Source: Hyphochytrium catenoides (lineage: Eukaryota > Protista > Hyphochytriomycota). From it: a stretch of 64,000 bases of DNA. The translations under genes were made by a program, and so were the position numbers. The notes under the pieces are model-generated. The model saw nothing but the letters and a program-made list of their open reading frames with translations. It did not search any database and was not told where the DNA came from. The stretch spans positions 62,001-126,000 of the forward strand of contig FLMG01001956.1 in the NCBI GenBank assembly GCA_900088475.1. Reading direction: 5' to 3'. Of the stretch, positions 36,462-49,082 are shown one piece after another (positions within the stretch are counted from its first letter, which is position 1; each line of letters starts with the position of its first letter).

Positions 36462-37261
36462 CTTGGCGACTCAAACTATAGCCTTTGGCCAACAGGGAGC
36501 GAAGCAATGAACAATGAGTACTGAAAGCGATTAGAAGGCTTCGAGAACTTGCAGACTGCGGGCAATGACAGGAGGAGCGGGCAAGAGCTGGCGGAGGCGA
36601 ATGAGAGAAATGAACTGATGATAGAGCGATCACCTCCTACGAGTACTACCTACTTTCTCCTGGTGCAACCACAGGATCGTAGGAGAGGACTGGGCTTGGA
36701 TACGGACTGTGTTTGGAACTGATTCCCTAATACTAACTATAGTAACCCCTCGGGCTTTCGATGTTTGAGTTTGCTGGCGTATCGATATATTCTGAGGCAT
36801 TTCACTGGGTCCGATCTCTCTCTATTCTAAACACAAGGTAAAACACACCCACACTTCAGTTAGCTCATAGACATAGTACCTAGACTCACACATAAGAGAA
36901 AACCCATGCCATCCTCTGTCTCGAGACTTTGGGTGGAATGTATGTCAGAGCGAAGGGTAAAGAAAGAGGTGATGATGGGTGATCAGTCAAAGGCCAACAC
37001 AGATCCAAGCGTTATGAGCAGGATGAGGAAAGCTTCTTCTGCTCTACCAACGCCGTCTGACCGACTTGGAACCTAGATCTGGCGCCAAGAATGGATCTCT
37101 TCGCACAATCCTCTGATCCTTCGACAGCCGGATGACTACCTCCTAGCCCCTCGCTCGCTTCTCTGCCTTCGAATGTTCAGATTCGTTGATGACGATATGG
37201 GTAGATGTTACCCGTTTGGCACAAAGGCATTGTGGAAGAACTAAGGGGAACTGCTAGACAG

Positions 37262-40200
37262 GATGGCTGAGATTGCACCTCGCCAACGCCTGAAGAAGTC
37301 CATAGACGTTGCCGACAACCATCAGGTAGTGCTTGTCACGATAAGCTTGTGAAAAGTAGTCAAGAGATTTCCTTATGCGCAGAGTTTATCTGCATTCGCA
37401 TGTTAAGTGACATGGAGAAAGCGATGTATATATGTTTTCTAGAGAGCGAAGAGAGCTGTAAGGAAAGCAAATACCGACGTAAGCGATAGCGGTAAGCTAA
37501 TATTGTCCTAAACGTTGTGGCTTACCTTCGTAGCGCCGACTTTCACGATTTCTGGCTGGCACCAAAGCCAACAGAAGCCGTCAGTTTATCCAGAAACGCC
37601 TCAGCACTGTGTACGTTATGAACGTACTTGATATATCGTGGGGTTGGGAGCTCGAGAAGGAAGATGATCCCGGGGTGGAGAGGAAGGAAGGGAAGAAGGG
37701 AAGAGTCTAGGCTGTGACTTGAAGGAAGAGTCACCACCTGGCCACGCAAAGGGGTGAGAAGACCACCTGTGAAGAGAGCAGCGAGAGAAAAATGAGGAGA
37801 GAGAGTTAGAATCATGAACTCTTATAGCTCACTGATTCCATAATTCTTAGACCAGCCGAGGAGTATGAAGCCCGTATCGTCGGGGATGGGGAAGGAGGCT
37901 TGCAGAAGGCAGCTAACATGCTCAAGAAGAGAGATGTGGATGAACGAAAGGAAGGACTGAGGAATTTGAGGTGCATCCTCTCGAGAGCTGCAGAGCAAGA
38001 GAAAAGGGAAATCTTCGAGGTGCGCTAGCCCCTCGCCATTCTAGATACCCCTACACCCTCCGAAACCTCATTTCACCCTTACCCTTACCCTTCATGCTTT
38101 TCACCGAGAATCCTTGCTCCATTAGCTTATTCAGCTCTTATGTGGCAATGTCTTAGATTACATTTATCAAGTCTTACTTCCCATGCCCCTATCCCACTCA
38201 CTGCTATATAGGCGGTCCTGGACAGTGAAGTCCTCCCCTTCCTTCTGGAAGCTGTCAAAGTTCTAAGCTTTGCAGGCTCGCGAGGCCAAGTAGACTCCCT
38301 AGCCTGCCTGGTTAATCTCTCATCCCTTCCTCCGGCAAAGCTGTCAAAGGTACAACGCCCCAGCTACAGTCTGTATCTCCAGAGGAAGGGTCAGGCTCAG
38401 GCAGAAAGTTGTCGCGCTTTGCTTTTTACTCTTTCCACGAACCGATGGCAAGCCTTGGTGCCTCTCTGACACACACTCTCTCTCCTGCCTTTCTCTCTTC
38501 GTATTTGCCGTTCTAGTTGGATGATCTGCTACCTACTCTTATCGCCTTAACCTCAAGCCCAAGCCTTCCAGTTGTTGAACTGGCCCTCTGGATCTTAGGA
38601 AATTGCACCAGTGAATGCCACCGATTTAGAAGCAAAGCATTAGCAGCAGGTGTCTCCTCAGTTCTACGAAGGGTGTTGCTTCAACAGGTTAGAAGCTGTG
38701 TGGTTTGATGACAGCTTTTGACTTGGCTTTCCCTGATGTGGTATTCTACCTTCCCGTTCCGATATGATGCTTGTCATACCATCGTACCTTCTCTTTTCCC
38801 TTTTGATCTGAGAGTGTATATCATTGCTGCCCTCTTACCTATACGGAAATGAACTATGCAGGAGGCTCAGCTTCACGAGGCCGCTGCTTGGACACTCGCC
38901 AATGTTACAACAGACTTGGATTCAACACGTCGCAACTCTTTGACTCTAGAGATGATAGGCGAAGTGCTACCGCTAATAGAGGTAAAGCAGTCGCATTTGC
39001 AGCCCTTCTATTTGGATTGGTGGTCGACGAAATGCATCTTTTCTCCTCCCTTTCCTTTCCCTGCATGGGAAGCTGGGTCAATAATGTTATCTGGACGGAG
39101 GGAGTAGAATTTCCCAATATTTCTTCCGCCAAACCCGCTCATCTCTCTCCCTCTCCGTTCGTCGCCAACTGCACTGTTTATCTTCTAGCAATCAAGCGCC
39201 TTGCTTGTTGATCTCTCCCGAGCACTCTTCAATCTCCTTACCGTTGCCGCGGCTGGACTGCCTGATAGCAAAGGTGGGTCGCAAGGGCAGTCCAAAGACT
39301 TATCAGCAATAGGGATGTCAATAATAAAAGGGAAGGGTCAGTACGCCAGGCTTTCGGAGAGATTGAGATTTCTAAGGGAAATAAGGTTGGGAGCAATGAG
39401 TTGGGCTGACTGCTCCTCTTGTGACATTTGCCTACCAGAGGTTATGAAAGTAGCATCTCAGGCGTTCCTTCTTGCTTTTGGCCAGAAGGATGAAGCCAGT
39501 GTAATATCTCTTCTCCGATGTATGGCACAGCTACTGGTCTTAGACTCAGATTGTGCAACCTCAATGGTGAAGGAGGTGAGCTCACTTGAGCACCAACTAG
39601 CTGACGTGGGCTTCAGAGTCTGACAATTACAATATACACAAGAACGAGGTGGCACATGCTGTTTTGGCCTTGCTGCAAGAGAAGAGGTCAGACCGCGACG
39701 TCCTTACTAGAGCTTACTTCTAATCCTTCGTCAGTCTTACACCTCTTTCCTTGCCTTGATAAACCTGCTACATTGTAGTCCATTGAAAAAGGAAGCACTT
39801 TGGCTCCTCAGTAACTGGATTTGCTGCAAGCCGACCCTTTGGGGTGAGCAGCTTTTTCAGGAGTTGAAGGTAGCCATCAATGGCATTCACACAGAGGAAG
39901 CCATAGAGGTACAGGAATTGCGACCCACTCTGAATTTATCATATGTTTCTTCTCTGGGGAGATGATAGGCGATCTGCTTACTCTTTCATGTGACTGAATC
40001 ATGAAGGCCGTGTTCGTGCTCTATAACTTTTTAGCTACTGGGAACGCCAGCATCCCCCAGAGTACACCTAAGGTGCTTGGCTCCTTCCCAGAGTTGCTGA
40101 CAAGCATCGTCCAAGGCCTTAAAGGTACACGGCAGAGCAACGTTCAAAAGGAGATACCATTTACATATATACTCCTTTTGCATCCCATGTCGACTATTGC

Positions 40201-40632
40201 TGGCCTACCTTTGCGTCTCTGTACCCTTACTTCCCCTGGCAGCCATCTAAATGGACCCGTTCACATCTAACCCTACATTTCCTGACTGCCTGCATATTTT
40301 TGGGGAAGTCTGCCGTATGCGAAGAGAGCGAGAAATCTATCTGTTGCTGCTACATCTTCTGCTAACGAAAGAGCCCACCAGAGTAGCATCTGAGCTGACA
40401 GGTTTACAGGCAACGGCCGTTCTAGAAGCTCTCCTCTTTACTCAGGTAGTAACGAGAGGAGGGAACTGATGATAGATGGGGCGAATTCTTTCTCTATCGT
40501 CGCTCAAGTTTCTTTCATTCTCTATTTGCTTCTTTCTAGAGCCCAGGTCAGGAGAAGGTGAAGAAAGTTGCCTCGGTCATTCTGACGCAGCTTTCAAACC
40601 TCTCTGCAAGCTACCATTCGCCCACTGAATGA
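37262..40632 (+). CDS. Divergent importin-alpha-like protein (IBB-like N-terminus plus ARM repeats)
   Basis: Basic N-terminus RQRLKKSID..RRLSRF..IQKRL; ARM motifs GLRNLRCILS, SLACLVNLSS, LALWILGNCTSECHRFR, EAAAWTLANV, KEALWLLSNW and AVFVLYNFL; stop at 40630-40632. Confidence 0.7.
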
Positions 40633-41981
40633 GCAGGCCAGCCAGTTTTCCTCGCCGCAATCTTAGCTGGCATATGTTTGTGAACAACCAGTTATAAGCT
40701 CCTTCCTAGGTGACGACACAATGTGATCACATCTATCTGCGGATCTCGATAGTCCTTTGCAACTACGTAGTTATGTTAAGGTCATTGCCGGCATGGTGCT
40801 TGCGATGCCCTAGTTGCGGGGCAAAAGTGCCCTAGGCTAATTCTATGCGCTATAAAGGAAAGTTAACGTCGCTAGACTGCTGAGACACGCTCCTGTTCTG
40901 CTACCCAGTTGTCTTGTCCTGATTACACCGGGGTGATCTGTCTCAGTGAATCCTCCTCAGAAGGTCGAGATAACAGCGGCTACCAAACACTTTGGTAGCA
41001 CTCTCGTAGCTCTAATGAACCGTTGCTAGTTTACCTTATCGTTCGGCCTCAGGCCACCGTCGGTGCACCCAGCATCATTAGCCCATCACGTCCACGATAA
41101 TTTGCCTTGCCTCTTTCAGCTAACTAACCTCACCTTTCTTCTTTGCCGCATTCCTCGTTCCTCCGTGGAGCACCTTGGCAGAAGTCCTCTGAAGTTAGTA
41201 TATCCCTACCATTTTAACTTCTTTCATGAAGGTTGCTGTTTCGCGTAAGCTAACTTCCCACCGAGAAATCTGGGCTTCTCTTCGTTTCTTGGTTGCTGGT
41301 TGCCTGGTTGTGCCCATCATATCAGAGATCTCTGCGAACTGTGCTTGGATGTAGTTCTACGGACACTGCTGCTGGTTGAAGCTCCTCCCTGCACTTCAGA
41401 AAGTGCAGAGAAGAAATGCGGACACACCTTCACATCTAACATTCCAAACCCCATTCCAAATAGATACCTATTTATCCTGTATGAATCACCCGCTAGGTAG
41501 GTGCATCACCAATCTGAACGCTAGTGTCACGTCGGAAGGCCGTGATGGGAAAGAAGAGCGAATCAGAGCGAGCTTATAAAGCAGATCCATTTCTTCTTCT
41601 TATCGGCCACCGTCAGCTGCTCCTGCCAACTCTTTGCTCGACAGAACAGAGACAGCTATCGACCTTGCCTTTGCCTTGCATTCTCTCCCTTGCCACGGTC
41701 TCACTCAGTAGCCGTCTCTCCTGCGGTTATCTTCGGGCCCGCGACACGCCAGAACGCAAAGAGACCTTACTCTTCACGTACGGACTTCACCCTGGGCATT
41801 CTCTTCCTGTTTCGGTCGGGATATGAACCCTTAAGGCCCCTCTTCTGCATACCGAAATCAGCATCCCCTGACCTTCTCGTGGCGCTATCAGCCCTTCCGC
41901 AAGGCAAGAGGACGGGTCTTGAAGGGGCCATCAGACGTCCTTCCCTAATCAGTTACTTGGCTAGGAGCTTACGGAAGAGGG

Positions 41982-44900
41982 ATGGACTTAGTCGGAAACT
42001 TGGTACTGTTTGCAGACCGTTTTCTTATCCCTTGTTTTCGGATGTTCCCGCGTCTTGGCTTCACGGCTTGCGTTTGCGCCCTTTCCGTTCCTTGTGGACT
42101 TACTTTGCCCATCTTAGTAGCTGGAGGTTACCTTCTCTCACTGGCCATTCTCAAATCTACCAGGTTGCGGCCCAAGGCTGCGCCGCCGACGGAACCGTTG
42201 CCGCACGGAATCCTCTTTCTCAGTTTGTGGACTCCGTCATTGACGGCGGGTCAGCCCGGAATAAGGATGGGAGCATCGGCGGCCCTTTACACAGAGATCC
42301 AAGGGCAGCTCTTCCGCCCTCTATGGGGATTATGCAAAGAGGTAGGCGGTCTTTTAATGGAGAACCCACATAAATCGGAGCGGAGGAGGCGAGATGGGTG
42401 AGAAGGAGCCAAGAAGATAGCAGAGATTGATATCGATTCACCCCGCTTGACAGCTTCCACCTTTTCTTGTGGGCTTACTCATACAACTGTGCTTTCAGGG
42501 CTTGCGCAGGGGCTCGACATGCATCAGAAAGGATTCGGTCCTGCTGGCCCTCACTTTGCTCCTCGCTCTCAGTCGAATGCGGGTCTCAATGCGCAGGTCA
42601 GCTTCTCCAGATCTCCTAGGCTCGATGCGATCTGCCTCTCAACTTCAAAGGCCACTCCTAGTGTCCCTCTTCCTTGCCTTTCCTTCCGTTGACTTGGTCT
42701 CCCTTCTTTGCTTCTACTTGGTATCCAGGCCAACCGTTTCATGGAAGAGTTTCATAGCGCCTCCGCTGCACCAGCCTATACTCAGGCGGATGACTGGGCT
42801 GCAGAGTTTAAACAGTCAGCAAGCGCCACACATCGAAGAGCGATGGAGGCAGCTTGGGCTGAGCGGCATGCTCCTCCTCCCTCAGCTATCCATCAGCCAG
42901 GTGAGGTAGAGCGAGGGTCAAAAATATATCAGCGCTGATGTGCTTCAATTGCCCTGTGATGGCTAGGCATGGGGATGCACAAGCAGTGGGTAGAGGACTT
43001 CCACGGCAGCCGGATGCACCCTGCGATGGCTCCACAGGTCTTCTATGAATTTCCACGTTTCGCACTACTGTCCACCTCTTGGCTGCCATAGTCCATGACT
43101 CCTCATATCCGTGCAGCACATTTTTCTACCGTTGTCTAAATGCTCTTGTGTCACACATGACATATACCTGTCTATCCGATACCCTCCACTCTTTTGTTGT
43201 GACCTCATTGCTCCGTGTAGCAGTCGAGAACATTTCCTTGGGGCAAGTCCATGTTGTCCTTTCCTCAGCGCGCTTGAATTATATCAATTGAAACGTTACT
43301 GTCCTTGGCACCGACTGACCATCCTGCCGCTTATAAAGGAGGTGCGCATGGATACCGCCTGGGAAGAGACAAAAGAGGAGTTTGAGAGTGGCAGCGCTTG
43401 GGCTGAGGAGTTCAAACAGCAATATAACGCAGAGCAGCAGCGACACCCCCAAGTATGGAATGGAGTATTCACTATGTTTTTCATGCTTTGCCGCCATGCT
43501 CTGTGCAATCTCGCTCTCACTGGCAAAGCTGTATCGTTTTTCTAGCTCATTTTGAGATCACCTCCACACTAGACTGGTCTACGCCTGTTTGGAGTCTAGA
43601 GTGGCCAACACTTCATGCACTGCTCTCTTAGAGTTCTCAGGACCCTGCAACTCGGGCTGCGACTGCTGCGGTTGTCGATGCTATGACCAGTCAGGGAGAT
43701 CCGAAATGGCAGCAGAGCGAGTTGTTGCAATTTATGAGTAAAGTAGCTCAAGGGGAGCTAGGTTTTGAGGACAACAAGGTAAGACGGATAGCTTGGATAG
43801 GACCCGACATTAGTCGACCATCGCTCCTTTGTAGAAGAGACACCCTGGGTGGCAGAGGGACAAAGAAGCATGAGATAGTGAGAAAACTTTAGCGTATTGG
43901 TGGTGCTGATGACTGCCGTCAACGAGTAAAGGAGAATGAGAGCTGTCCGAAAGTCCTGGAAGAGGTACAGGGCTTATTGGTTGGTACTGCTTCCTAATTC
44001 TACTTTCTGGGCTCCTGGGAGCGCAGGTGGTGTCCACATCTCGAGAAGAGACTGCGCTAGAGAATGCTTGGCAAAGCTCCGCTGAGACTTCCCTCAACGC
44101 GGCATGGCAGGAGCTTGAAGGCAAGGTGGAAGGGAGAAGCGGGGGAATGGAGACAGCCTGGACAGGTAATATCAGGGCCGAGAACTATGATAGCTCTTGT
44201 GACGGGGAAAAGGTGGCTTGCAAACAGCTAGGAGTTAGGGCATTAAGATGAGTACTGAAGACAAGAACTTAGGATATAGCACCATGACATGACTTGGACA
44301 ACGAGAGGCATAAAATTCGATCAACCGAGGGTGGAGGCGCGGCATGGCACAACCTTAGTCTCTTTGGGCGTACTGAAAAGGGATTGAAACCCAGACCACA
44401 GTAAAAGGATCTGACACTTAGTTCGATGCAGAGAGTGCACCCGGTTACCACTCATCAGAAACCCTTAATAGTGCGTGGGAGTCGGTTCAGGAAGGACCAG
44501 AGCCAAGCACCTCTGACACCTTGGAGCAAGCTTGGAGAGATGTGATAGCAGGCGATGAAAGTGCTCAGGCCACACTGGTGAGTAAACAAAGCTTCCACAG
44601 AAGGGCGGCCTCTAAAAATGAAGCCCAGATCAATGAGAGCGCGAAAAGAGTTCCCACAAAGAATGAGCGAAAGGGAGTACGAGAAGAAAAGGCGCTGTCG
44701 AAGGAGGGATATCGTGATATTGTGTTACCTGCTGACTGGTACGTAATTCCTAGGAGGAGGCCTGGGAGAAGGCTCTACAGGAAGCTATGGGGACTGATCC
44801 ACTGGGCTCTGTTTGGGATGAGGTTTCTTCATCTTCTTATCAATATCAACCAGACAATGAATTTGCCGGCAATCCAAATGCTTTTGAAGAGGTAGGTTTG

Positions 44901-46470
44901 GCTTCTATTTCTTTCCTCCCTGTTAGTGGTAGGGTTGTCCATGCTCCACATCCATCAACCTTGGCTCATTAGGCATTGAAGCCGCAACATGTCAGTCATC
45001 CTGCCCAATCTGCACGTGGCCTGTCTGTGAAGTATTTGAACTATCATCCGGCTGACCCACAACCTATACCGTCTTCCTCCAGGCAATGCGCCTGTTCGAG
45101 TCGGGATATATAGAGAAGGCTGTTCTTGCCTTCGAGGCGGACGTACAGCAGAACCCTGACAACTCTGAAGGGTGGCGAATGTTAGGCATGTGCCATGCTG
45201 ACCACGACGAGGACAAAAAAGCCATTATCTGTTTAGAAAAGTAAGTCAAATGAACTTGCCCTTCTTCCTCCAGGTCGCTTTATTCCGCTTCTTGGCAGTG
45301 TCATTTACTTCCTTAAATTCCAACAATGAGGGCTAATACTCCTAGAGAGGTTTCTAGAGTCTCAGGGCTTGTCTTTCCTCTACTTGGGGTGGTCCTTCAC
45401 CTAGGACATCTCAAATGACATCCTTCCTCCAAGCTCTACTGCTGGGCACTGGGCTAGCCTCAGTCGCGCTTTTATCGCTGTTCAATGTTAAGCTTCGCTC
45501 TTATAATTTGCAGAGCCATCGAGACGGATCCATACAACCTCCCCGCATTATTGGCGCTAGGTACCAGCTATGTAAATGAGCTGGACCCTCAAAAGGCCCT
45601 AACAACTCTTAGGGCATGGGTGAAGCATAACCCAAAGTTCCACGGCCTAGAGATAGAGCGCGACGAATATTCGGACGGTTCCTTGATGGATGAGGTGATG
45701 CAGCTCATGCTTCAGGCACAGCACTACGAAGAAGCAGAAGGGTTAGATAGAGAGGGAGGAGAGGTTAGCGTAGTGTTGGGGGTGCTATACAACGTTTCCA
45801 AGGACTATGATGCCGCCGCTGCGAGCTTTCGCAGGGCTTTGGAGGCTAATGACCAGGACTATTCTCTATGGAACAAGCTTGGAGCAACGTTAGCGAACAA
45901 TAACAAGGCAGAAGAGGCGATTCCCGCGTACTATAGGTGAATAGGGGCATTTCTCTGATAAGTACTTTTCTACTTTTCTCGCCGTCCGCTCAAACCCAGT
46001 TGGTTGCTTGTGTTTGCCTCCAGCTCATGCTTGGTGCGGTTACTTTCCCGACTTTACGCAAAGTTCGGGCCTGATTATAAGACTTTTGCCTAACAAAGCC
46101 AAGTGGCTAACATCGTGCTCCTTTCTAATGCAGAGCCCTTCAGTTGAAGCCCAGGTACGCGCGAGGCTGGCTCAACCTCGGGATCGGTCATGCTAACCTC
46201 GGAAAATACCAAGAAGCTTGCCGGTGCTACCTCCAGGCCCTATCGTTGAACTCCAAGGCCACCCATATCTGGTACGTTTACTATCGACCCCTCTACGAGC
46301 CTCTTGGGTCCTTGAGTGTCGATGCCAAAGAATCCGCACTAAATGTCCTTCTCTAAAATACTAGGAGCTACCTTCGGATAGCCTTTACTTGTATGGAGCG
46401 GTTTGACCTTGTCAGCAAGACCGATTCCCAAGACGTCTCACAGTTCACCGATGAGTTCAGCTTATTCTAA
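41982..46470 (+). CDS. PEX5: Peroxisomal PTS1 receptor PEX5
   Basis: MDLVGNL|VAAQGCAADG..NPLSQF (conserved N-terminal Cys); WxxxF motifs WAAEF, WVEDF, WAEEF; DPKWQQSELLQFM; TPR region AVLAFEA, WRMLG, LALGTSYVNEL, LGVLYNVS, LWNKLGATLAN, PRYARGWLNLGI and IW|SYLR. Confidence 0.96.
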
Positions 46471-46755
46471 AGGACAAATGTAGCATGTTGACCTATGGCA
46501 TAATTACCCTGTTTGATAAGTGTGTGCTATACTCTGAAACACAAAGAGAGAAGCCTCATTGGTCGGGACGACTACTTCCAATGGTGGAAGTGACAGCATG
46601 TGTTAGAGACCGAAACAGGCTTCCAGCTAAGTTTCAGGCTCAAATTAAGAGAAAACGAAGAAAGTCAGCCTTAGAGTCTCGACAAAGATCTACATAGCTA
46701 TGAGCAGTCGGCTGAGACTGATGAGCAACGTTGGTCTTTTCTTTTACTCAGCTTT

Positions 46756-49082
46756 TCAGCTTAGACCTGGTGGCATGTCATGCTCGTGCCCGTCCTGGCG
46801 CCTTTTGTCGGTTGACACTATCCTCCTTGGGCTTCTGGGCCGCTCGATCTGCTTGGCTTTACTAGGACTGCTAGGTTTCGGCTGCTCTTCTACCAGATCC
46901 GAACTGCTGCTGCTTCCTTCTTCTTTGTCGCTACCAGCACTGCTGGCTCCCATTTTCTGCTCAATGAGTGTCTCCCATGGCTTGGGCCGTGAGGGAAGTT
47001 TCGGTTGGGTAGGAGTGAGAGCATCTTCGGAGAGCTTGTTTGGTATGGTCTTGATGCCAGGAACTGATTTGCCATCCCGCACCATGTTCATTACATCCAA
47101 AAAGGAGGAAGGATACTGAGGCTGGGGCGTCGCCTCTTCATTGGATGAGATGGATTCTGCATTTGCCTCAGCCGCCTATGTAGCAAGAATGATTAGTAAT
47201 AGAGGGGACCGTGGAGGTAGCTTTCAGGACTTGTTAGAAAAAATGCGTGCCTTGCCCGCTCTCCTGGATCCTTTCTCCGGCTGTCGTCTTCTCCCCTTGC
47301 CAGCTGTGAACAATTTTCTTGATGTCCTTTCTATTCTGCCCGCCCACCGAAAACTCTTTCCGCTTCAGCTATGTACCTCAACCCCTGTAACCACGACTGG
47401 GCGTCTGCGCTAAAATTCTTATGCAGGTGTGATGCTTACCTCTGGTGTCAATGCTTTAACTGAGGGAGTAGGCGTGGCACCTATTTGCAATGTATCGAGG
47501 AGTTAATGACTACATAAAGTGAATCGCTAGTACAAATGAGGATTTTACCTAACTGCTCAGGTGCCTCATCTGTTTTGGAGTGATCATTCTGAGGAGTTGG
47601 CCCTTGTTCGTCCTTCTGTTCACCCTTCTTCCCGGACAGATCCTGGGGCTTAAGGCGGCTGAGGAAGTCGTCGAATCCAGATATCTCTGAAGCTGGTGCC
47701 AGCGTCGAAGGTCCTTTTAGGCCAGTTCCTTTCTCTCGTTGAGGGCTACCGCTTGGGGCCGCCTTAGCTAAAGATGGTGCAGGAACATCGGCCTTCGGTA
47801 CCAAAGAAGAGGAGGTAGGAGATTCCGTCTGACCCTCTAACCCTCTGAGACATTCAGCAATGGACTTCCCCTGCTTAAAGTCCGCCAGGCATCGCACGGC
47901 ACCATTCAGAAGGCTGAAGTCGCTAGAATTATCCCCGGCGGAAGTTGCCGTCCATTCAAAGTAACTAGCAGAACGTGAGAAGCCAAGAGCAGTCAAAAGC
48001 TCTTCGTAGCCTTCGAGAGAAGCCACCTTGGTCTTAAAGTTTGCATTCACTGTAGGAATCCGCCGGTAGCGCGGGTTGTCCGGCTCACGAGTGAGGTTCC
48101 TGGCGTACATTTGAAGCGTTGGAATCGCTTCTTGAACAGCTTTCTGTGGATTTTTCTCAAATATTGTGGCCATTGCTGTCCTTAACCTATCCACTGGGTT
48201 TTCCTCTGGTGGAGCTTGCTGCTCAGCTGCTTCTTCTAGATGCGACGATCCATTCTGCTCCGGGGTTAGTGGCGGGGCACTTTCATTGTCCACAGCGCCG
48301 TTCGTCACCGGGAAGATACCCTTTGAGGTGCTCAAGGCCATAACCAATGCCTTGAGCGACGAGACCTCAGCCTTGAGCTCTGCTACTGAATTGGCGGAGA
48401 GTTTCCTCTCAACTTCCTCGCTAACAAATCGATTCTGCACATCTTTTTCAGCAGAATCACGTAGGTGCTCAACGACGGTTTGCAGCTGCTTCGTCTGGGC
48501 TTCCACAGCGTGAATGAGATCTGACAGTTGGTTGGATATCTTCCCTGACTCCATGGCAGTCTCCTCCAGCTCTTGTCGGGTTTGAACCCTATTCTCTTCC
48601 TGAACTGCCTCCTCTGGAGCAGCCAGTTGTTGCTGCTGGTGATGATTAGGCCCAAAAATATACCTATAGGCAAGGTATGCTAGCCCTCCCAACATCACTA
48701 GGCTCCCGGTAGTACGGAGCGCCCTTTCTAGTGGTGAACCATTGCGCGCACCCATTGTTCTGGGTGCTAGAGAGGTTGCCATGGTCAGAGCTGCGGCAGC
48801 TGGTACTGCAGCAGCCCCGGAGTTCAATCTCCCTGCGGCAATATCAGCTGTCGTGTCAGAAAAGACTTTGCTCAAGGACGATTCTGGAGGAGAACGTTGT
48901 GAGGTTTCACTACCCACGCCGCCGGCCTCAACAATCTTGAGCGCTCGGTCAATCTGTTGAAATGACAGTCCCTTCGCCTCCAAGAACTTCACACGCTCCG
49001 ACAATGGTAAGTGCTTAATATCAGGATGAGAAAGGAACTTAATGGCGCCGTCAACGCTTTGATCCGTCGTCCCGTCGTCCAT
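46756..49082 (-). CDS. PEX14: Peroxisomal docking protein PEX14 with an internal PUB domain and C-terminal KPWE domain
   Basis: Pex14_N AIKFLSHPDI..ERVKFLEAKGLS..IDRAL; TM LVMLGGLAYLAYRYIF; coiled coil ..AELKAEVSSLKALV; PUB TLQMYARNL..PDNPRYRRI..NANF..LLTALGF; YPSSFLDVMNMVRDGKSVPGIKTIP..RPKPWE. Three exons; the 3' end is tentative. Confidence 0.88.

Noticed and set aside
36969-37062. GTGATGA...CTGA as a box C/D snoRNA, with a tRNA D-arm-like GTTGGTAGAGCA on the minus strand
   Set aside because: Terminal stem is only 2-3 bp, no convincing guide target, and no cloverleaf.
40979-40999. Perfect 9-bp inverted repeat gctaccaaa-cac-tttggtagc
   Set aside because: Isolated; no TSD or second copy seen; bacterial terminator logic does not apply.
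41040-41935. Short basic ORFs upstream of PEX5, including the 5' part of the 227-aa ORF at 41690
   Set aside because: PEX5 is better started at 41982; the other frames lack motifs and a consistent splice model.
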